Positions 49,601 through 61,600 of a stretch of DNA of 64,000 nucleotides are shown here, in pieces; the first letter of the stretch is position 1, and the number at the start of each line of letters is the position of its first letter. Made by a program: the position numbers and the translations under genes. The notes under the pieces are model-generated. The model searched no databases. It had not been told where the DNA came from and saw only the letters and a program-made list of their open reading frames with translations. This stretch comes from Eledone cirrhosa (taxonomy: Eukaryota): the NCBI GenBank assembly GCA_964016885.1, contig OZ024741.1, forward strand, positions 401,760,001 to 401,824,000, written 5' to 3'.

Positions 49601-52600
49601 TGCCATCTAAATAGTTAGGGCTGTGTATTGACAGAACTGGTAGAATGTCAGACTAACATCTAAATAGGGCTGTGTATTGGCAAAACTGGTAGAATGTCAG
49701 ACTACCATCTAAATAGGGCTGTGTATTGACAAAACTGGTAGAATGTCAGACTACCATCTAAATAGTTAGGGCTGTGTATTGACAGAACTGGTAGAATGTC
49801 AGACTACCATCTAAATAGTTAGGGCTGTGTATTGACAGAACTGGTAGAATGTCAGACTACCATCTAAATAGGACTGTGTATTGGCAAAACTGGTAGAATG
49901 TCAGGCTACCATCTAAATAGGGCTGTGTATTGACAAACCTGGTAGAATGTCAGGCTACCATCTAAATAGGGCTGTGTTTTGACAGAACTGGTAGAATGTC
50001 AGACTACCATCTAAATAGGGCTGTGTATTGACAGAACTGGTAGAATGTCAGACTACCATCTAAATAGGGCTGTGTATTCACAGAACTGGTAGAATGTCAG
50101 ACTACCATCTAAATAGTTAGGGCTGTGTATTGGCAAAACTGGTAGAATGTCAGACTACCATCTAAATAGGGCTGTGTTTTGACAGAACTGGTAGAATGTC
50201 AGACTACCATCTAAATAGGGCTGTATATTGACAGAACTGGTAGAATGTCAGACTGCCATCTAAATAGGGTTGTGTATTGGCAGAACTGGTAGAATGTCAG
50301 ACTAACATCTAAATAGGGCTGTGTATTGACAGAACTGGTAGAATATCAGACTACCATCTAAATAGGGCTGTGTATTGACAGAACTGGTAGAATGTCAGAC
50401 TACCATCTAAATAGGGCTGTGTATTGACAGAACTGGTTGAGTGTCAGACTACCATCTAAATAGGACTGTGTATTGCCAAAACTGGTTGAATGTCAGACTA
50501 CCATCTAAATAGGGCTGTGTTTTGACAGAACTGGTAGAATGTCAGACTACCATCTAAATAGGGCTGTGTATTGACAGAACTGGTAGAATGTCAGACTACC
50601 ATCTAAATAGGGCTGTGTTTTGACAGAACTGGTAGAATGTCAGACTAACATCTAAATAGTTAGGGCTGTGTATTGACAGAACTGGTAGAATGTCAGACTA
50701 CCATCTAAATAGGGCTGTGTATTGGCAAAACTGGTAGAATGTCAGACTAACATCTAAATAGGGTTGTGTATTGACAGAACTGGTAGAATGTCAGACTACC
50801 ATCTAAATAGGGCTGTGTATTGGCAAAACTGGTAGAATGTCAGACTAACATCTAAATAAGGCTGTGTATTGGCAAAACTGGTAGAATATCAGACTAATAT
50901 CTAAATAGTTAGGGCTGTGTATTGACAGAACTGGTAGAATGTCAGACTACCATCTAAATAGGGCTGTGTATTGGCAAAACTGGTAGAATGTCAGACTACC
51001 ATCTAAATAGGGCTGTGTTTTGACAGAACTGGTAGAATGTCAGACTACCATCTAAATAGGGCTGTGTATTGACAGAACTGGTAGAATGTCAGACTGCCAT
51101 CTAAATAGGGCTGTGTAAATGCAGAACTGGTAGAATGTCAGACTACCATCTAAATAGGGCTGTGTATTGGCAAAACTGGTAGAATGTCAGACTACCATCT
51201 AAATAGGGCTGTGTATTGACAGAACTGGTAGAATGTCAGGCTACCATCTAAATAGGGCTGTGTATTGGCAAAACTGGTAGAATGTCAGGCTACCATCTAA
51301 ATAGGGCTGTGTATTGACAAAACTGGTAGAATGTCAGGCTACCATCTAAATAGGGCTGTGTTTTGACAGAACTGGTAGAATGTCAGACTACCATCTAAAT
51401 AGGGCTGTGTATTGACAGAACTGGTTGAATGTCAGACTACCATCTAAATAGGGCTGTGTATTGACAGAACTGGTAGAATGTCAGACTACCATCTAAATAG
51501 TTAGGGCTGTGTATTGGCAAAACTGGTAGAATGTCAGACTACCATCTAAATAGGGCTGTGTATTGACAGAACTGGTAGAATGTCTGGTTACCATCTAAAT
51601 AGGGCTGTGTATTGACAAAACTGGTAGAATGTCAGGCTACCATCTAAATAGGGCTGTGTATTGACAGAACTGGTAGAATGTCAGACTACCATCTAAATAG
51701 GGCTGTGTATTGACAGAACTGGTAGAATGTCAGACTACCATCTAAATAGGGCTGTGTATTGGCAAAACTGGTAGCATGTCAGACTAACATCTAAATAGGG
51801 CTGTGTATTGACAAAACTGGTAGAATGTCAGACTACCATCTAAATAGGGCTGTGTATTGACAACTGGTAGAATGTCAGACTACCATCTAAATAGGACTGT
51901 GTATTGACAGAACTGGTAGAATGTCAGACTACCATCTAAATAGTTAGGGCTGTGTATTGACAGAACTGGTAGAATGTCAGACTACCATCTAAATAGTTAG
52001 GGCTGTGAATTGACAGAACTGGTAGAATGTCAGACTACCATCTAAATAGGGCTGTGTATTGACAGAACTGGTAGAATGTCAGACTACCATCTAAATAGTT
52101 AGGGCTGTGTATTGACAGAACTGGTAGAATGTCAGACTACCATCTAAATAGGGCTGTGTATTGACAGAACTGGTAGCATGTCAGACTAACATCTAAATAG
52201 GGCTGTTTATTGACAGAACTGGTAGAATGTCAGACTACCATCTAAATAGTTAGGGCTGTGTATTGACAGAACTGGTAGAATGTCAGACTACCATCTAAAT
52301 AGTTAGGGCTGTGTATTGACAGAACTGGTAGAATGTCAGACTACCATCTAAATAGGGCTGTGTATTGACAGAACTGGTAGAATGTCAGACTAACATCTAA
52401 ATAGGGCTGTGTATTGACAGAACTGGTAGAATGTCAGACTACCATCTAAATAGTGCTGTGTATTGACAGAACTGGTAGAATGTCAGACTACCATCTAAAT
52501 AGGGCTGTGTATTGACAGAACTGGTAGAATGTCAGACTACCATCTAAATAGGGCTGTGTATTGACAGAACTGGTAGAATGTCAGACTACCATCTAAATAG

Positions 52601-55600
52601 GGCTGTGTATTGACAGAACTGGTAGAATGTCAGACTACCATCTAAATAGTTAGGGCTGTGTATTGACAGAACTGGTAGAATGTCAGACTACCATCTAAAT
52701 AGTGCTGTGTATTGACAGAACTGGTAGAATGTCAGACTACCGTCTAAATAGTTAGGGCTGTGTATTGACAGAACTGGTAGAATGTCAAACTACCATCTAA
52801 ATAGTGCTGTGTATTGACACAACTGGTAGAATGTCAGACTACCATCTAAATAATTAGGGCTGTGTATTGACAGAACTGGTAGAATGTCAGACTACCATCT
52901 AAATAGGGTTGTGTATTGAAAGAACTGGTAGAATGTCAGACTACCATCTAAATAGGGCTGTGTATTGACAGAACTGGTAGAATGTCAGACTACCATCTAA
53001 ATAGGGCTGTGTATTGACAACTGGTAGAATGTCAGACTACCATCTAAATAGGACTGTGTATTGACAGAACTGGTAGAATGTCAGACTACCATCTAAATAG
53101 TTAGGGCTGTGTATTGACAGAACTGGTAGAATGTCAGACTACCATCTAAATAGTTAGGGCTGTGAATTGACAGAACTGGTAGAATGTCAGACTACCATCT
53201 AAATAGGGCTGTGTATTGACAGAACTGGTAGAATGTCAGACTACCATCTAAATAGTTAGGGCTGTGTATTGACAGAACTGGTAGAATGTCAGACTACCAT
53301 CTAAATAGGGCTGTGTATTGACAGAACTGGTAGAATATCAGACTACCATCTAAATAGGGCTGTGTATTGACAGAACTGGTAGAATGTCAGACTGCCATCT
53401 AAATAGTTAGGGCTGTGTATTGACAGAACTGGTAGAATGTCAGACTACCATCTAAATAGGGCTGTGTATTGACAGAACTGGTAGAATGTCAGACTGCCAT
53501 CTAAATAGGGCTGTGTAAATGCAGAACTGGTAGAATGTCAGACTACCATCTAAATAGGGCTGTGTTTTGACAGAACTGGTAGAATGTCAGACTACCATCT
53601 AAATAGGGCTGTATATTGACAGAACTGGTAGAATGTCAGACTGCCATCTAAATAGGGTTGTGTATTGGCAGAACTGGTAGAATGTCAGACTAACATCTAA
53701 ATAGGGCTGTGTATTGACAGAACTGGTAGAATATCAGACTACCATCTAAATAGGGCTGTGTATTGACAGAACTGGTAGAATGTCAGACTACCATCTAAAT
53801 AGGGCTGTGTATTGACAGAACTGGTAGAATGTCAGACTACCATCTAAATAGGACTGTGTATTGGCAAAACTGGTTGAATGTCAGACTACCATCTAAATAG
53901 GGCTGTGTTTTGACAGAACTGGTAGAATGTCAGACTACCATCTAAATAGGGCTGTGTATTGACAGAACTGGTAGAATGTCAGACTACCATCTAAAAAGGG
54001 CTGTGTTTTGACAGAACTGGTAGAATGTCAGACTAACATCTAAATAGTTAGGGCTGTGTATTGACAGAACTGGTAGAATGTCAGACTACCATCTAAATAG
54101 GGCTGTGTATTGGCAAAACTGGTAGAATGTCAGACTAACATCTAAATAGGGCTGTGTATTGGCAAAACTGGTAGAATATCAGACTAATATCTAAATAGTT
54201 AGGGCTGTGTATTGACAGAACTGGTAGAATGTCAGACTACCATCTAAATAGGGCTGTGTATTGGCAAAACTGGTAGAATGTCAGACTACCATCTAAATAG
54301 GGCTGTGTTTTGACAGAACTGGTAGAATGTCAGACTACCATCTAAATAGGGCTGTGTATTGACAGAACTGGTAGAATGTCAGACTGCCATCTAAATAGGG
54401 CTGTGTATTGGCAGAACTGGTAGAATGTCAGACTGCCATCTAAATAGTTAGGGCTGTGTATTGACAGAACTGGTAGAATGTCAGACTACCATCTAAATAG
54501 GGCTGTGTATTGACAGAACTGGTAGAATGTCAGACTACCATCTAAATAGGGCTGTGTTTTGACAGAACTGGTAGAATGTCAGACTACCATCTAAATAGGG
54601 CTGTGTATTGACAGAACTGGTAGAATGTCAGACTACCATCTAAATAGGGCTGTGTTTTGACAGAACTGGTAGAATGTCAGACTAACATCTAAATAGTTAG
54701 GGCTGTGTATTGACAGAACTGGTAGAATGTCAGACTACCATCTAAATAGGGCTGTGTATTGACAAAACTGGTAGAATGTCAGGCTACCATCTAAATAGGG
54801 CTGTGTTTTGACAGAACTGGTAGAATGTCAGACTACCATCTAAATAGGGCTGTGTATTGGCAAAACTGGTAGAATGTCAGACTACCATCTAAATAGGGCT
54901 GTGTTTTGACAGAACTGGTAGAATGTCAGACTACCATCTAAATAGGGCTGTGTATTGACAGAACTGGTAGAATGTCAGACTGCCATCTAAATAGGGCTGT
55001 GTATTGGCAGAACTGGTAGAATGTCAGACTGCCATCTAAATAGTTAGGGCTGTGTATTGACAGAACTGGTAGAATGTCAGACTACCATCTAAATAGGGCT
55101 GTGTATTGACAGAACTGGTAGAATGTCAGACTACCATCTAAATAGGGCTGTGTTTTGACAGAACTGGTAGAATGTCAGACTACCATCTAAATAGGGCTGT
55201 GTATTGACAGAACTGGTAGAATGTCAGACTACCATCTAAATAGGGCTGTGTTTTGACAGAACTGGTAGAATGTCAGACTAACATCTAAATAGTTAGGGCT
55301 GTGTATTGACAGAACTGGTAGAATGTCAGACTACCATCTAAATAGGGCTGTGTATTGACAAAACTGGTAGAATGTCAGGCTACCATCTAAATAGGGCTGT
55401 GTTTTGACAGAACTGGTAGAATGTCAGACTACCATCTAAATAGGGCTGTGTATTGGCAAAACTGGTAGAATGTCAGACTACCATCTAAATAGGGCTGTGT
55501 ATTGACAAAACTGGTAGAATGTCAGACTACCATCTAAATAGGGCTGTGTATTGACAGAACTGGTAGAATGTCAGGCTACCATCTAAATAGGGCTGTGTAT

Positions 55601-58600
55601 TAGCAAAACTGGTAGAATGTCAGGCTACCATCTAAATAGGGCTGTGTATTGACAAACCTGGTAGAATGTCAGGCTACCATCTAAATAGGGCTGTGTTTTG
55701 ACAGAACTGGTAGAATGTCAGACTACCATCTAAATAGGGCTGTGTATTGACAGAACTGGTAGAATGTCAGACTACCATCTAAATAGGGCTGTGTATTGAC
55801 AGAACTGGTAGAATGTCAGACTACCATCTAAATAGTTAGGGCTGTGTATTGGCAAAACTGGTAGAATGTCAGACTACCATCTAAATAGGGCTGTGTTTTG
55901 ACAGAACTGGTAGAATGTCAGACTACCATCTAAATAGGGCTGTATATTGACAGAACTGGTAGAATGTCAGACTGCCATCTAAATAGGGTTGTGTATTGGC
56001 AGAACTGGTAGAATGTCAGACTAACATCTAAATAGGGCTGTGTATTGACAGAACTGGTAGAATATCAGACTACCATCTAAATAGGGCTGTGTATTGACAG
56101 AACTGGTAGAATGTCAGACTACCATCTAAATAGGGCTGTGTATTGACAGAACTGGTAGAATGTCAGACTACCATCTAAATAGGACTGTGTATTGGCAAAA
56201 CTGGTTGAATGTCAGACTACCATCTAAATAGGGCTGTGTTTTGACAGAACTGGTAGAATGTCAGACTACCATCTAAATAGGGCTGTGTATTGACAGAACT
56301 GGTAGAATGTCAGACTACCATCTAAAAAGGGCTGTGTTTTGACAGAACTGGTAGAATGTCAGACTAACATCTAAATAGTTAGGGCTGTGTATTGACAGAA
56401 CTGGTAGAATGTCAGACTACCATCTAAATAGGGCTGTGTATTGGCAAAACTGGTAGAATGTCAGACTAACATCTAAATAGGGCTGTGTATTGGCAAAACT
56501 GGTAGAATATCAGACTAATATCTAAATAGTTAGGGCTGTGTATTGACAGAACTGGTAGAATGTCAGACTACCATCTAAATAGGGCTGTGTATTGGCAAAA
56601 CTGGTAGAATGTCAGACTACCATCTAAATAGGGCTGTGTTTTGACAGAACTGGTAGAATGTCAGACTACCATCTAAATAGGGCTGTGTATTGACAGAACT
56701 GGTAGAATGTCAGACTGCCATCTAAATAGGGCTGTGTATTGGCAGAACTGGTAGAATGTCAGACTGCCATCTAAATAGTTAGGGCTGTGTATTGACAGAA
56801 CTGGTAGAATGTCAGACTACCATCTAAATAGGGCTGTGTATTGACAGAACTGGTAGAATGTCAGACTACCATCTAAATAGGGCTGTGTTTTGACAGAACT
56901 GGTAGAATGTCAGACTACCATCTAAATAGGGCTGTGTATTGACAGAACTGGTAGAATGTCAGACTACCATCTAAATAGGGCTGTGTTTTGACAGAACTGG
57001 TAGAATGTCAGACTAACATCTAAATAGTTAGGGCTGTGTATTGACAGAACTGGTAGAATGTCAGACTACCATCTAAATAGGGCTGTGTATTGGCAAAACT
57101 GGTAGAATGTCAGACTAACATCTAAATAGGGCTATGTATTGGCAAAACTGGTAGAATGTCAGACTAATATCTAAATAGTTAGGGCTGTGTATTGACAGAA
57201 CTGGTAGAATGTCAGACTACCATCTAAATAGGGCTGTGTGTTGGCAAAACTGGTAGAATGTCAGACTACCATCTAAATAGGGCTGTGTTTAGACAGAACT
57301 GGTAGAATGTCAGACTACCATCTAAATAGGGCTGTGTATTGACAAAACTGGTAGAATGTCAGACTACCATCTAAATAGTTAGGGCTGTGTATTGACAGAA
57401 CTGGTAGAATGTCAGACTACCATCTAAATAGTTAGGGCTGTGGATTGACTGAACTGGTAGAATGTCAGACTACCATCTAAATAGGGCTCTGTATTGACAG
57501 AACTGGTAGAATGTCAGACTACCATCTAAATAGTTAGGGCTGTGTATTGACAGAACTGGTAGAATGTCAGACTACCATCTAAATAGGGCTGTGTATTGAC
57601 AGAACTGGTAGAATATCAGACTACCATCTAAATAGGGCTGTGTATTGACAGAATTGGTAGAATGTCAGACTGCCATCTAAATAGTTAGGGCTGTGTATTG
57701 ACAGAACTGGTAGAATGTCAGACTAACATCTAAATAGGGCTGTGTATTGACAAAACTGGTAGAATGTCAGACTACCATCTAAATAGTTAGGGCTGTGTAT
57801 TGACAGAACTGGTAGAATGTCAGACTACCATCTAAATAGTTAGGGCTGTGTATTGACAGAACTGGTAGAATGTCAGACTACCATCTAAATAGGGCTGTGT
57901 ATTGACAGAACTGGTAGAATGTCAGACTACCATCTAAATAGGACTGTGTATTGGCAAAACTGGTAGAATGTCAGACTACCATCTAAATAGGGCTGTGTTT
58001 TGTCAGAACTGGTAGAATGTCAGACTACCATCTAAATAGGGCTGTGTATTGACAGAACTGGTAGAATGTCAGACTACCATCTAAATAGGGCTGTGTTTTG
58101 ACAGAACTGGTAGAATGTCAGACTAACATCTAAATAGTTAGGGCTGTGTATTGACAGAACTGGTAGAATGTCAGACTACCATCTAAATAGGGCTGTGTTT
58201 TGACAGAACTGGTAGAATGTCAGACTAACATCTAAATAGTTAGGGCTGTGTATTGACAGAACTGGTAGAATGTCAGACTACCATCTAAATAGGGCTGTGT
58301 ATTGGCAAAACTGGTAGAATGTCAGACTAACATCTAAATAGGGCTGTGTATTGGCAAAACTGGTAGAATGTCAGACTAATATCTAAATAGTTAGGGCTGT
58401 GTATTGACAGAACTGGTAGAATGTCAGACTACCATCTAAATAGGGCTGTGTATTGGCAAAACTGGTAGAATGTCAGACTACCATCTAAATAGGGCTGTGT
58501 ATTGACAAAACTGGTAGAATGTCAGGCTACCATCTAAATAGGGCTGTGTTTTGACAGAACTGGTAGAATGTCAGACTACCATCTAAATAGGGCTGTGTAT

Positions 58601-61600
58601 TGGCAAAACTGGTAGAATGTCAGACTACCATCTAAATAGGGCTGTGTATTGACAAAACTGGTAGAATGTCAGACTACCATCTAAATAGGGCTGTGTATTG
58701 ACAGAACTGGTAGAATGTCAGGCTACCATCTAAATAGGGCTGTGTATTAGCAAAACTGGTAGAATGTCAGGCTACCATCTAAATAGGGCTGTGTATTGAC
58801 AAACCTGGTAGAATGTCAGGCTACCATCTAAATAGGGCTGTGTTTTGACAGAACTGGTAGAATGTCAGACTACCATCTAAATAGGGCTGTGTATTGACAG
58901 AACTGGTAGAATGTCAGACTACCATCTAAATAGGGCTGTGTATTGACAGAACTGGTAGAATGTCAGACTACCATCTAAATAGTTAGGGCTGTGTATTGGC
59001 AAAACTGGTAGAATGTCAGACTACCATCTAAATAGGGCTGTGTTTTGACAGAACTGGTAGAATGTCAGACTACCATCTAAATAGGGCTGTATATTGACAG
59101 AACTGGTAGAATGTCAGACTGCCATCTAAATAGGGTTGTGTATTGGCAGAACTGGTAGAATGTCAGACTAACATCTAAATAGGGCTGTGTATTGACAGAA
59201 CTGGTAGAATATCAGACTACCATCTAAATAGGGCTGTGTATTGACAGAACTGGTAGAATGTCAGACTACCATCTAAATAGGGCTGTGTATTGACAGAACT
59301 GGTAGAATGTCAGACTACCATCTAAATAGGACTGTGTATTGGCAAAACTGGTTGAATGTCAGACTACCATCTAAATAGGGCTGTGTTTTGACAGAACTGG
59401 TAGAATGTCAGACTACCATCTAAATAGGGCTGTGTATTGACAGAACTGGTAGAATGTCAGACTACCATCTAAAAAGGGCTGTGTTTTGACAGAACTGGTA
59501 GAATGTCAGACTAACATCTAAATAGTTAGGGCTGTGTATTGACAGAACTGGTAGAATGTCAGACTACCATCTAAATAGGGCTGTGTATTGGCAAAACTGG
59601 TAGAATGTCAGACTAACATCTAAATAGGGCTGTGTATTGGCAAAACTGGTAGAATATCAGACTAATATCTAAATAGTTAGGGCTGTGTATTGACAGAACT
59701 GGTAGAATGTCAGACTACCATCTAAATAGGGCTGTGTATTGGCAAAACTGGTAGAATGTCAGACTACCATCTAAATAGGGCTGTGTTTTGACAGAACTGG
59801 TAGAATGTCAGACTACCATCTAAATAGGGCTGTGTATTGACAGAACTGGTAGAATGTCAGACTGCCATCTAAATAGGGCTGTGTATTGGCAGAACTGGTA
59901 GAATGTCAGACTACCATCTAAATAGGGCTGTGTATTGGCAAAACTGGTAGAATGTCAGACTACCATCTAAATAGGGCTGTGTATTGACAAAACTGGTAGA
60001 ATGTCAGGCTACCATCTAAATAGGGCTGTGTTTTGACAGAACTGGTAGAATGTCAGACTACCATCTAAATAGGGCTGTGTATTGGCAAAACTGGTAAGAT
60101 GTCAGACTACCATCTAAATAGGGCTGTGTATTGACAAAACTGGTAGAATGTCAGACTACCATCTAAATAGGGCTGTGTATTGACAGAACTGGTAGAATGT
60201 CAGGCTACAATCTAAATAGGGCTGTGTATTGGAAAAACTGGTAGAATGTCAGGCTACCATCTAAATAGGGCTGTGTATTGACAAAACTGGTAGAATGTCA
60301 GGCTACCATCTAAATAGGGCTGTGTTTTGACAGAACTGGTAGAATGTCAGACTACCATCTAAATAGGGCTGTGTATTGACAGAACTGGTAGAATGTCAGA
60401 CTACCATCTAAATAGTTAGGGCTGTGTATTGGCAAAACTGGTAGTATGTCAGACTACCATCTAAATAGGGCTGTGTATTGACAGAACTGGTAGAATGTCT
60501 GGCTACCATCTAAATAGGGCTGTGTATTGACAAAACTGGTAGAATGTCAGGCTACCATCTAAATAGGGCTGTGTATTGAGAGAACTGGTAGAATGTCAGA
60601 CTACCATCTAAATAGGGCTGTGTATTGACAGAACTGGTAGAATGTCAGACTACCATCTAAATAGTTAGGGCTGTGTCTTGACAGAACTGGTAGAATGTCA
60701 GCCTACCATCTAAATAGGGCTGTGTATTGACAGAACTGGTAAAATGTCAGACTAACATCTAAATAGGGCTGTTTATTGACAGAACTGGTAGAATGTCAGA
60801 CTACCATCTAAATAGTTAGGGCTGTGTATTGACAGAACTGGTAGAATGTCAGACTACCATCTAAATAGTTAGGGCTGTGTATTGACAGAACTGGTAGAAT
60901 GTCAGACTACCATCTAAATAGGGCTGTGTATTGACAGAACTGGTAGAATGTCAGACTAACATCTAAATAGGGCTGTGTATTGACAGAACTGGTAGAATGT
61001 CAGACTACCATCTAAAAAGGGCTGTGTTTTGACAGAACTGGTAGAATGTCAGACTAACATCTAAATAGTTAGGGCTGTGTATTGACAGAACTGGTAGAAT
61101 GTCAGACTACCATCTAAATAGGGCTGTGTATTGGCAAAACTGGTAGAATGTCAGACTAACATCTAAATAGGGCTGTGTATTGGCAAAACTGGTAGAATAT
61201 CAGACTAATATCTAAATAGTTAGGGCTGTGTATTGACAGAACTGGTAGAATGTCAGACTACCATCTAAATAGGGCTGTGTATTGGCAAAACTGGTAGAAT
61301 GTCAGACTACCATCTAAATAGGGCTGTGTTTTGACAGAACTGGTAGAATGTCAGACTACCATCTAAATAGGGCTGTGTATTGACAGAACTGGTAGAATGT
61401 CAGACTGCCATCTAAATAGGGCTGTGTATTGGCAGAACTGGTAGAATGTCAGACTACCATCTAAATAGGGCTGTGTATTGGCAAAACTGGTAGAATGTCA
61501 GACTACCATCTAAATAGGGCTGTGTATTGACAAAACTGGTAGAATGTCAGGCTACCATCTAAATAGGGCTGTGTTTTGACAGAACTGGTAGAATGTCAGA

